Below, one piece after another: positions 36,896 to 49,011 of a DNA stretch of 64,000 bases (the first letter of the stretch is position 1; the number at the start of each line of letters is the position of its first letter). The notes under the pieces were generated by a model. The model saw nothing but the letters and a program-made list of their open reading frames with translations, was not told the DNA's origin and did not search any database. Source of the stretch: Setoptus koraiensis. Taxonomy: Eukaryota; Animalia; Arthropoda. The translations under genes and the position numbers were made by a program. The stretch is from contig CM106585.1 of NCBI GenBank assembly GCA_048013815.1, forward strand, positions 8,990,001 through 9,054,000. Direction: 5' to 3'.

Positions 36896-38899
36896 ATGCT
36901 TTTCGATGCCGATGGAGACAATTCGCGTCTTTCGGAGGCTCGCGATAGCAACAGTGATGAGCGCGACAGTATTCAAACAGACAATGTTTTCGCCCGACAA
37001 TGTAAGCGCTCGAAATCAATTGACGACAACGACAGCAGCTCGATGATAGAAACGCCGTCGTCGTTGTCGCCAACAATTGACGACCGTCCCAACCAGAAAT
37101 GTCAGAAGCAGCTCGATTTCAAGCTGAACTCGTTGTGTCAAAAAGAGACCAGTGCACTGTATCGGTCACAAAGTTCCCGTGGGCGCGCCGACCTCATAGT
37201 TGGGCACGACGATGACGACGACGACGACGACGAAAATTTCACATACAATAACAAGAGAATGTTCGGTGATGATTGCACTGCCCTCAACGGCAATTTCGAC
37301 AAGCTCGGCAAGCTCGACAAATCATCACTGGTGTACCTCATGTTGGCTTGTCAGCAGCGACAGCATTCGTCGGCCAGCAGCGATGCAACAGCCGAATACG
37401 TGTCGTTGCCTGACTGTATGCCAAACAAGAGCTGCTATAGCGACAGTGGCGGACTGAGGCCCGTCGTTGGCCAAGACAGTGACGGACTAGGGAACGCAGA
37501 CAGAAAACACAAATTTGGTGGCTCGAAAGTGGCCGAAGACGCAACTATTGATGGTCAAGCAAATGAACGGGATCAATTGTCGATCATGAGAGGCAACAAC
37601 AACAGCCACTTGTTGACCAACCAATTATCGAGGCGTCGCATAGCGGTTGACGTTTGCTGCAAGTCTGTCGCTCAGGTGAATCACTTGTCAGAAAAATCAC
37701 TCGCCAGCAAACAGTGTGCCAAATCTAGCCAGCAAACATTTGCGACAAGCCATGATGACGCAAGCAGACAATCGTCGTCACCATTGTCAGCATTGATGAG
37801 ATGGTGCGATAGTGGCGACGTCAGCAGTGTGCTTGATTATAGTTGCAAGACAGCGACAACAACAACCTGTAACATTAATACATGTAATAGCATCAATCAC
37901 TGTGGCGCCGGTGAGCAACTGGCAACCGGAAGTGAGCAACGTCCGCACAGTAACAATGCTGAGCTGCCGTCAAATGATTTGCTGGTGCGACCACAGCAGC
38001 CAACATTGAAATCGTTGCTACTGATGCAAAAGAAGGGCCCCGTTGATGGGAGCAAGGAGACAGCGTCGCTAGCGGAACCCGCAACTGAGTTTTGTGGCAG
38101 ATCGCTATGTGGCGCTGACGTGACTTGGAGCGACATGAAACACAGCCCGGCTAAATCGGTTGAATCAACTAATTTAGCAACTCTGTTTGCGTCCAACAAA
38201 CATTTGAACACTCTGCAAAATGCTGCCGCCGTCAATGGTAGCGCAATTAGAAATAGACACCAACAACAAATTAAACCGATCAACCGACAACAGCTGACAA
38301 ACGATGCATGGTCGCGATTAAACAACAACGAAATACCGGCACAAACAACAAATTATACTAATAATCACAATTTTCCAACTCCCGCACAATTGTTGCCGGA
38401 TGGCAAATCTCAGCAAGTGAGGTCTTGCGCTTCCGGTAGAGAGGCCCAGCAGAACAGGACAGCATCAGCTAAATGGTCGCAGCGTGCGCGCTCTAAACAT
38501 CCGGCGATCAGCTCATTGCTAGTGACACAACAAATAACGACAACAGGTCAGCACCAGCGACAGCGCTTTGGCGCCACTGATTTCTCCACGCCGCCAATTG
38601 ACAATCAGCAAGCCAGCAGCGTCTCGATCAATCAATGGACCCACAGAGACAATTTCAATTCTTCTCGGCACAATAATGATTACAGTGGCAGCAGCAGCAG
38701 CATCAGCACAACAAAATTAATAGTTGGCAATTGTAATACTCACCTGTCCAGTTCATATTCACCTGATGCTGCTGCTGCTATCGTAAACAGCGACAACACA
38801 ATGGCGCAACCACAGTCCGTCTACTGTCTGGCCAATCAGACGGCGCCCATGATTAGACAGGCCGGTGAAAATGTTGCCGGCGCTATCGACCAGCAACAA

Positions 38900-38930
<31 letters not shown>

Positions 38931-41540
38931 TGAATGCCCTAGTTTACGCTCAATGGCATCAACGACAACAACAACAACATTCGGCGAGTATCTTGTCGAA
39001 GGGGGCGCATCAGGTTGGCGCGAATCATCAGCATCAATTGCATCACGATTTACGTGCATCGTTGGCGGCAACAGCGCCCACAACGACGCTACCTGCTAAA
39101 ACGCCAGCTAACGGTCAACAAGTGGCCCATCATCAATTTAATCAATTGCACCATCAGCTGCACCAATTACACAATCATCAACATCATCATCAGTATCAGT
39201 CTCATCTTCATCAGCAAAACAATGACAACAGTTTGTTGTTGTTGCGTAGAAAACAACGCCGCAACAGGACGACTTTTAGCACTTATCAATTAGACAGATT
39301 AGAGGAGGCCTTTGGGCACACTCATTATCCCGACGTGTTCACCCGCGAAGAGTTGGCCGTTAATATTGGCCTCACAGAGGCGCGAGTTCAGGTGAGTTCA
39401 GGTTTGCGGCAAGTCGCCAATGCCGGTCTGCTTGTCTCAGTTGGGTCGAGGCAAGCAGGCGCGACAACCCAATTTAAGTCGTTTTCAATCCAACCTGCTC
39501 CGAAGAAATTTTCGATAGAGAAAATTTCGGAAGGAAATTTCGGGAGAGAATCTAGGGAGAAAATTTCGGGGGAGCATATTTCGCCCGAAAATTTCTTCGG
39601 AAGCAGGTTGGATTGAAAACGACTCAAATTGGGTTGTCGCGCCCGTTTGCCTTGACCCAACTGAGACAAGCAGACCATCATTGGCGACTTGCCGCAAACC
39701 TGAGTGATGAAAAATATTTTCTATGACCTTTCATGCTGATTGTAGAGTGACAAGAGGTCAATAGCAGCATTTTTCAACCTCAGCTCAGTGGTTTTACATT
39801 CAATCAATAGCTGAATGATTTCGGTGGTTTCGCGGCCAGCAACGATCTAGTTGCGAGCTGCGCAAAAGATTTTCTCAAATGCGATTGTAACCAGCGACAG
39901 ATTTCCAGAGGCCTCGCATTAGTTTTTGAAGCACAACGATCGTAATTTGTGTATCTCATGTGTCAATTGTTGTTTTACAGGTTTGGTTCCAGAATAGACG
40001 GGCAAAATGGCGCAAATACGAACGCAAGGTGGCGTCCGTGATGAATGGCGATCAATGCAATCAGCCAACAATGAACAATAATCTCAGGTCGTCGTTGCGA
40101 GGATCCGAGGAAAGTTTAAAAGAGGCTTCCGATGGAAAGACGGCGATTAACAGTTCCAAAGACAACAGTCGTGATACAACACCAACAACGGATAATAACA
40201 GTGGGCATAACGACGACGACGACGACGACGGCGACGACGACGATGTCGACAAATCAGGCGGAGACAGCGACCAGAAATGGCATCTCCAACAGGCCGGCAA
40301 TTTGGGCGCGTCTCCTGTCGACGGCGCCACTGTTTGTGACGAAAACGATGATAGGCCTCGCAAAGAATCACGCCGCACCAATCATCACGAGCAGACCACT
40401 AGATTGAGATTTTCGCAGGCAAACATAGAGAGAATGTCCATTAAATTGCTGGCAACAAACGATGATTGCATAGAAGAGATGAACGAAAACGATATGATTT
40501 CTAATATGATTTCCGGTGATAATTCGCACACTGTTGCGTCATTGGCAATATCATCGTCGGCGTCGGCGGCAGCCGCAAGCCAAAACACATTGGCACATTT
40601 GAATGGCAATAGCAATCAGCATTTTCAATACAGCGGCAGCAGTAGCAACAACAACAAGAGGTCAGTTGGTCAAACGAACAGGAAAGAAGACGAAGAGTCG
40701 TGCAAATTGAAGCAGTACGAATGGAACGACATCGAAATAGTTCCGGCGAGCAGGGCAAAGGCGAAAGTGGTGCCACCTAGACGAATTGGCGCAGACAGTC
40801 TCAGTCAATTGAGGTCGCAGGCTGATTTGACATCGATGGCTGACCAGCAGCAGCAGCAGTATCGAGAGTCACCTGAAAATAACCCGATTTATCCGTCGTT
40901 GTTGTTGCCGTCAATGGGCAACTCAGGCAACAATAGTGGCAGCACAATTGTTTTAAATCAGTTGTCATCGGCAACAACAAAACTAGATCATCACCAGCAA
41001 CAGCATCAACTGCATCCATACGCCGGCAACGGCAAGCTCGAAACAGACAATCCGTTACATAACGGCACCTGTCTCGGTAGGTGGCCGCATCATTTACCTG
41101 TTGCTGCTGTCAACGGGTCCATAATGGCGTCGGTCAACGGTCAGCATGCCGTTAATTCGAGCGCTTGCTTGTCGAGTCTGACTGCAGCGGCGGCGGCGGC
41201 CGCCGCAGCGGCCGCAGCAAATCGTCAGGCTAGCGTCAATTCTGCGGCCGCTGTCATGGCGAGCAACGGTCAAGATTATTTGCAATTTCGCACCCATTTT
41301 CTCAGGTACCAATACGATCAACAGGTCAAAATGATGATGGCCAATATGTCATCGTCGTCGTCGTCGTCGTCGGCCGGCCAGCATCTCAGGTTGACGACAT
41401 CGGTGGCGCCGTCGTCGTCGTCAATGGCACCAGATAACGGTGCCTTCGCAATGGCGATCAATCAACAGTCTACAACAACAACAAATGTAAGCAGCAACCA
41501 AATTAACCCGTCGAGAGCCGATGAAGAGCAGTCTGCGTGA
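36896..41540 (+). CDS. Q50 paired-like homeobox protein, Drgx/aristaless-like; join(36896..39391, 39981..41540), about 1,351 aa
   Basis: Spliced homeodomain (LRRK)[46 protein letters not shown]|[15 protein letters not shown], with a GT-AG intron at the canonical Q|VWFQN position. [12 protein letters not shown] and WRKxER best match DRGX as I recall it. The start codon is uncertain and upstream exons are possible. Confidence 0.9.
39398..39703. mobile_element. Long inverted repeat (foldback/MITE-like) in the homeobox intron
   Basis: Arms at 39398-39514 and 39586-39703 differ by 6 substitutions and 1 indel, with a 71-nt spacer. TGAGT direct repeats occur at 39393 and 39701. The inverted repeat is certain; the mobile origin is inferred. 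Confidence 0.6.
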
Positions 41541-43965
41541 TCCGCTACAGCGACAATTCACGAGATCGCCCACGAGATTGTTGTCAGCGGGCACAGTTAA
41601 GCAAATACACAGGTCAAGTGACGGGTTCGCAAAATAATATTTAAACAGGCCGATGCGTCACGTCAAACAAACTCGGAAATCTCGCGCGAAATCAACGTCT
41701 GACCGGCAAACTTGGCTCGCACTTTTCAGCGATTTGACGGCATTGGAGTAGACGAATTCAAACAGAGGCCAGCCGATTCATTGTAGATCAAATATTACTT
41801 CGTGCGGCTAATTAAACAGTTTAATTAGTGGAGACATCATATCATCGCGGGTATCGGATCATTCTGGCCATACAAACACTCTTGGACACACTATAGAAGG
41901 CAATGCATAGACTGGATAGTGTAGATACATAGATTGCAATAGATAGTGATAACGTGGATAGTATATATGAGTATTTATGAATAAATATTGTAAAAACTGC
42001 CCAAACACTCTGCTGCGGTGCGCCGATTTTTTTTTCGCGAAATCCACTTCCTGAATAATGCTGCTAACCGAAATCTGATGATTACTGCAGTTGCGATAAC
42101 GACAGACAACTGATCGGTGAGGAGAAAAGAATCAGTATACTCAAAATGGGTTTTTATGACATACAAACGTCAAAGTTTTCGGCTTTTTTTGGTTATTGTT
42201 TAATTGCAGGATTCATTAATAGCCGCTCTTCATGTGAAAAAAAAAAAAATGCGCACGCGGTTTTCCAGGCTTGCTGCTCCCGCTTTTTCGTCAATAAAAG
42301 TTCTGGCTGCTTCTTTTATAATTTTGCAACAAAAAAGAAAATAAAATATAGGGAAGCATGTGGTTGGTAGCTAAAAACACTCGAGATGAATTACATAATT
42401 AGCTGATGCAACTTCATTCAATATTGGACACATGTCCGGAAAAATCTAGTGCGCACATTAGTTGAAATATGATCTGGGAGAATTCATTAGAGCATATTCT
42501 ATTTGCGTGTGGGTTTTCATGACAGAAAATGTCGAATTTCGATGTTTTCGGTGAATGTAAATAAGGCCCCAAAGACTTATGTGGCCCGAGCCGACGAAGT
42601 TTCAGAGTTTTTTACGAGAATAATTTCAGTTCTGAACCGATTCTGTTATCGTCAGTGATCTGCACCAACAATCGAGTCAAGTCTAGTTGTGGTGAGTCTC
42701 TTGATCGGTGCGATAGTGGTGAATAGGAGTCGATAAAACAAACAAATCACCATATGTTGTATACATTATGCTTGTCTAGCAAGGTTAACGCTGGCGAGAT
42801 TCTATTGTAGCGACCAATGACGATTGATATCTACAACTACTCCTGCAATGCTTGGTCTTTGTAATTATCTTGCTAATTATCTCTAAATGATTGATTGATT
42901 GCTAACTGGTTACATGTGCACCTCTCAACAATGGCGATGCCAGTCGGAGATTGGCGAAATCAGGCGACCATCTCAAGTGAGCCGCATGCGCTAACTACTT
43001 GTTAGATTGCACAATCAAAGTCACGAGCACAATTAGTGTCAACAATTGCTTCTCGACAATACAAACAATGCAAACAATGCAAACAATGCAAGCATACCTA
43101 CAAACCATCGAACATATATCAATTTTGAACCGTATGGGCCTAAGAATATTGGCTACGCAATTCGACAACAATTGCACATAGGTGCTCGTGTCCAACAAAG
43201 CAATCGCAGCGACCTAGCGACCCCATTTAAGATGGTTGTTGGTTTTGAAAATCTTTTCGCGTCCGTGAACCCTCATTGAAATTTTTCCTCTGTCGCGACA
43301 CGAGAATGCGCCTATTGGCGACGAAAACTTTCTTAGACTGATGCGCTCGATAGTGATCAATAGAGGGACAAAAATCAGTTATTATCTCTATTCTCGCTTT
43401 TCCACAAACTCCAATGACATGGCCCGATTGTTGATGGCAAACGTGGGCCGTTATTAGCCGTGACCGGAAGTTGCTCTCTGGTTATTGATTGACGATTGTG
43501 CACACATTACGGGACGAATGTGACTATGAGCTGAAACACACACATATAAGCCACATGTAAGTAATCACTAGGTACACCAAAATTGGTGAAAAACTATCCA
43601 AAGTAGGCTTGTGGAGTTTTTTCGCTTTCCGACCGTCGAAATGGGTCGCATCGGTTGCTTTAGATCGTATCTCGGTTGTTTTGGACCGCGTCTCGGTTGT
43701 TCCGAGACACGAAACTCAAAAATTCATCAAGAATATTTCAGCATGTATAGTTTACGAGTGAGTCTCTGTTGCAACTAATTATTATACGACTACTTGTTGG
43801 ATGGCAATCGCGACGAGTGCAGCTAAAATTGGCCAACTGCTATAATTGATTTATTTGATTTGATTCATTAATTTGATTTATTTGATTTGATTTATTTGAT
43901 TTGATTTATTAATTTGATCTATTGATTCGATAGGGAACAACAATGGTGACATTGCTAGATTATAT

Positions 43966-45913
43966 TTAGGCGACCTCTATTTGTTGTTGTTGTTGCTGCT
44001 GCTGGCGTGATATTAATTCTTGTGATATGCGACGCTGTTTACATGCCACCGCGGCCACTAGTGCCGCTCCTCGGCCACTTCCGTCCTGCGAGAACATCAA
44101 ATTAAATTTGTATTGTTCCTTGGTGAGCTCTCTCGTCTTTTTGTTCATCAACGAATGAAAATGTGGATGATATTTGAAGACGGAGCCGTCAACGCCGACA
44201 GTTGTATGGGGCCGTTGCATCTTGTTCAGCAGTGTGGCCACGGCCGCCGAAACCAAATGTGCCGCCCTGGTGGACACTCGCGAACAAATCAACTGCACCT
44301 TTTGGCAGTCGTCGTCGCTGCAATCGTCTAGCTCGAAGGCCTCTTTAAGGGCCATTCTGGTCCATTTGGTTTCGTTGTTTTCGTACACGTCCGTCTCCAC
44401 CATACTGACATATTTTGTTCCAAACGAATACAATTCACACATTTTCTTGCTGCCTTGCCCATCGAATATGAGCCCTCTATTTACACACAAATCCACTATT
44501 ATTCTGCGACACAGCTCGCCGATGTACAAGCCAGAGATCATTTTTTCGAAGCGTTGCTTGCCCTTATTGAGCGAATTGTCATCGATTTCTCTGTCCCATT
44601 GCGTGGCAACGAAATCCAGCACGCCGTTGTCGCCGAAGGCGCCCCATTCGGTGTTGACAACAATCTGTTGCGGTTTGCCTGGCTGCTGCTGTTGATGGTT
44701 GTTTGTTGTCGCTTGTTTGTCGTCGCTACCTGTTGCTTGTTCCTCGTACAAATGAACATTGTCTATTGTTTCCATGTAGCAAGCGTTTGTGCCGGTGCCC
44801 ACGATCAAACCGACACGACATTCGCGCTCGTCGTAGGCGCACGACATTAGCGTACCTGTTGTGTCATTTACCACCGCCATTACCTCTATGTCGATATCCG
44901 GCCTTCTGGCTATGGCCTCTGTGAGCAATTGCACAACATCTTGGCCCTCGACGCCGGAACATTTGAAGCCCTTGGTCCAGTTGACTAGTTTTGCGCGAGC
45001 CAGGCCCTCTTGGCGACAGGGAAAACTAAATGTAAAACCTAGCGGTAAGCGATGATTTTTCAAATTGTGTTTCTCCGTGAACGAACACAAACAATTGGCA
45101 ATGTGATCAAACAGTTGCTCGCCAGTGCCCAACATTATATCCTGGGGCACACTGTACACCTCGCTGTCCATGTGAAATTGTTTGCTCTCTAATTCCACCA
45201 GTATAACGCGAAAGTTAGTTCCGCCTAGATCGAGCGCCAAGAATTTGCCCTCCTCTGCGCCACGCGACAAGCGTCAAATAACAAGTAATAAAAGATATAT
45301 AAATAGCAAGTAAATTGGCAATTTATCATTAGTAAATTTGTTATTAGTAAATTACGATTTGGTGTTATTATTTGGCAAGGCTCTTGCTAAGCCATTAGCA
45401 CCGCTTACCTGGCTCCGCAAAGTGGCCGTGTCCTGTGATTGCGCAATGTTTACGACAGCGATAGATTACGGCCATTACGAGATAGTACAATTAGATGATG
45501 TATAATTAGACGGAGACAGTTAGTTTAGTTTAGGTTACACGATTCATGGATGAATCGGTGATCTCGCACACACAACGTGGACTAACCCTCGTGCGACTCG
45601 TGACCGTCGTGCCTGACGTAGGTGGGGTACATCTTGACATTTGCCACGGGATTTGTCTCTCTGTGCAGGCCTCGGGCAAATTCGTGCACCAATAGAGCGC
45701 AAACATCCTCGAGCTGATGGTGTTGCAACACGAGGTTCCTAGTTACAGATTCCACCTGTCGTCAGTTGAATGATTAGTTGTTGATTAGTTATTAATTAAT
45801 TAGTTGTTGATTAGTTATTGATTAATTATTGAGTAGTCGGGCCGCGATTGGTTGTCACTAATTGTGTCACTATCACGCGTGCAAAGTGATGCAAAAATAC
45901 TCACAGTTTCCAT
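43966..45913 (-). CDS. HK: Hexokinase; join complement(45905..45913, 45587..45755, [45409..45432], 43966..45254), 488 or 496 aa
   Basis: MET|VESVT...VKMYPTYVR in exons missed by the track; GKFLALDLGGTNFRV, LPLGFTFSFPC, VVNDTTGT, IVGTGTNACY, NTEWGAFG, FEKMISG, VDGSVFKYHP and DGSGRGAAL motifs. All junctions are GT-AG and phase-consistent. Confidence 0.96.
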
Positions 45914-46264
45914 TTGATTGCTAGTTTTGTTTGCCTAATTTATGCTGAGAATTGGATATGACGATGAGCGTCGAGCGATTTGCGACCGACACTTGCAGTA
46001 CGAGTGGCCAGAATAGTTGACGAGTTGTCGAAATCACTGTGTTGTCGCTGCCGTTGACTAGACGCTGAGTTGACTAGACGCTGGCGATTGCGCAATTTGC
46101 GAACAATACTTGATAATTGCTTATTCCGGCTTATTGGTCTGATCTGGATTGATCTTATATATTCTTATATTTGTTGTTATATCATGTGTATATATATTGC
46201 GACGGCAACGTTATTTTGCTGAGCGATTCACAACTACTAAGCTCATCTTGCCACTTGTAGGCGC

Positions 46265-46272
46265 TTTATATA
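46265..46272 (-). promoter_or_regulatory. Candidate TATA box of hexokinase
   Basis: TATATAAA on the minus strand about 350 nt upstream of the ATG. Confidence 0.4.
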
Positions 46273-47070
46273 GTGCCTGTGTTGGCATGGTGCTGACAGG
46301 CAGTTTTCTGTTATGAATAGTGAATTATCATATCGTCTCATCTAACGATCATCATGATGCTGCTGTGTTTGTTGTTTTTGTTGCTGATTTAATTGTCAAT
46401 TTTAAACAGCACACGCACCAACCAATTACAAGTTGACGGATTGGGATGGGATAGATAGATTGGGTGTGAGTTAATTAGAGCGGCGACGATTGACGTCAGA
46501 GAAACAAGTGTTTGATTATGCTAAATTTCGTACGATTATATCTTGTTGTGTGCAACTCGTCTAGTGCTAGCTCTGCCCCTCATTGTCGCTTTCGAGCTTG
46601 GCTTGTCAGCCACGCTTGAAAGGCACAATAAGTGAGCTGAAGTTGATATAAAATAAAATATATCATACATCTAAATGGCGCACTCAATCATCTCTATCAA
46701 CAGTCGCTATCTTTGCAGCTCTTAAACAACTATCCGACATTGATGATATCCGACTCTTTATTATTCAATTGGAATATAGTTTGCCCTTTCAACACCAGTG
46801 AGCCTTTTTTTTCGCATATTGTCGATTGTCATATGACGACTAGTTTACAATTGCTAATGCTCGCTGCCAACACACAAAAACAAAAACAACATTGACGGAG
46901 ATCAAAAGAATCAAATCGTCAATAATTACAATTGCCGCGGCGATAAATTTATAGTTGCATCTGCAAATTTGTATAGCTGTATCTGCTGCGGGCTTGATTC
47001 AGTCGCTCAAGACTTTTCGCTGTGCCACTCTTGAATTCGTCGCTGCCTCTATCTTATCTCAGCATCTGAA

Positions 47071-47210
47071 AATATCTGAAAATATCAGAAAATATCAGAA
47101 AATATCAGAAAATATCAGAAAATATCTGAAAATATCTGAAAATATCTGAAAATATCTGAGAATATCCGAAAATATCTGAAAATATCCGAAAATATCTGAA
47201 AATATCTGAG
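47071..47210. repeat. 10-bp minisatellite AATATCTGAA x14
   Basis: Exact 10-nt period with T/A/C variation at one position. Confidence 0.95.
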
Positions 47211-49011
47211 AATGCGTGGAAATGTGTCCGATCTCTTCGATAAGAAAAGTAGCCGAGATACGAAGTGCGTTGTTGCGCTATCAGAAAACGAAATCTGTAG
47301 GATTGCTGTTATCTAACAGCAACCATTTGTCATTGTTTACATTGTTTGTCGTCAGCTGTGTTTGTTGTTCTCGGGCAGGTTTGTCTGTCTGTTTACAGTT
47401 ACTTTTTTCAACCATCCTTAATTAACCAATTTGATCACTGTTGCGCAACCAATCGAGTGTCCCCAAAAACACTGACCCTAATGCCACTAATGCTGCACGC
47501 CACTTCCTGTCACAATGATTGTCGTCACTTTCACATTTCCGAGTGCAACAGCAAACATTTTTCCGATTATTGTGCCAATTGTCATAATTGTGCGCACTGT
47601 ATATTAGTCGCTGTAAAATTTTTTGCCCTTTCCATTCGAACATACAAATGTATCGAGCAAACAAGTGCGAAAAAGTTTTTTGCATCAATTTACTCTATTT
47701 CCACTCGTCGATGCTCGATTTCTTCCGCTAGTTTCAGTGTATCTCCTCAATTGTCGGCTGCTTGCGATGCCACTCGATCTAATGAGACCAACTGGTTGCG
47801 TTGGTTTATTTTTATCTTATCAGGCCTATGTGTAACAGATGATGGTTGTGGCAGTTTTTTGCTTGGCAGACACGAACATTTGATATCTATTCGCTATTAT
47901 CTGTACTGTGTTTGAGTCATTTGATATAACGCAAAATGGCAATACTGATTATGAGCCGGGCGCACGAGAATACGAGATTGACACAAGTTGCGATTGAACG
48001 ACGACAACTTCATTCTGGCACTATTCACTAATAACTTATCAGTGGTATTTATTTATAAATTTACTAGTTGAGCATTATGTATGCGATAGCATCACAACAT
48101 TTACCACGGATTTACCCCGCAAATGTGAAGACCGTGAAACAATAGAAGATGATGCTCTTGCGCTCGTTACGGCTGCACTTGATCGGATGAACACTGCAAT
48201 CTTTTTCCATGTTCGTATTGATCATCACGATCAAATGATCATCATTATCATCATTATCAATTGCAGCAACTAACAACCAACTTGTGGGCCATCCATCTGA
48301 TCCTATTCATTATTGCATCAGTTATACAAACAAAGTATCGATTAACTGCTCTCTTTTTTCATCGCTTTCCATATTCTCATCAACATGCTGTTGTCGTGGT
48401 TGATTCTTTTTCAGTGTTCGACAATTCGTTTGATGCGGCAACAGTTTGGCGGCTATTTGTTGGTTCGCGTTGTATTCGCTGGTATCGCCTGTAATTTTCA
48501 ATTGCGTCGTTACGAATGGGTAGCCCCAACGGTCAATAAAACTTGTCGCTGCAACATGATGATTGTTTTGCAAACAATATGACCAGCAGCCAACACAAAC
48601 TCGTGGTGAGACACCTGATCAGCTGATACCGCTGATATAACTTTCTATTGTGTCAGTGATATCGGACCGCTGATATCTGTGCCATTTTCGTTTATTTTCG
48701 GATTTTCGTGAACACGAAAATCCGAAATAAATATCGAAAGGCACATGTTTTTGCCACATGCAAGCCGAGCGAGATTGTAGCAGCAATTGGCAACTGTAAT
48801 ATACTGTTGTCTGGCAGCGATTGCAACAACTGTAAATGTGAGAAAGATGTCAATCATTAATTATATCAATGGGGCTCCGGCCGAACCGAGGGGTTCGCCC
48901 AGGCTTTTATTGGTGCTTGCAGGTACACTATTAAATTGTTTATTGTCTACAGTATCAATTGATGGAAATTAAAATATTATAAGGATGGTCCGGTTTTATT
49001 CACGTAAATGT

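Noticed and set aside
40794-40823. [10 protein letters not shown] as a possible OAR motif
   Set aside because: Lacks the S-I-x2-LR-x-KA-x-EH core and is far from the C-terminus. At best it is degenerate.
47346-48582. Several 65-190 aa ORFs between hexokinase and paralog C
   Set aside because: Non-ATG starts or no recognisable motifs, overlapping on both strands, and no consistent splice chain. Left unannotated pending RNA evidence.
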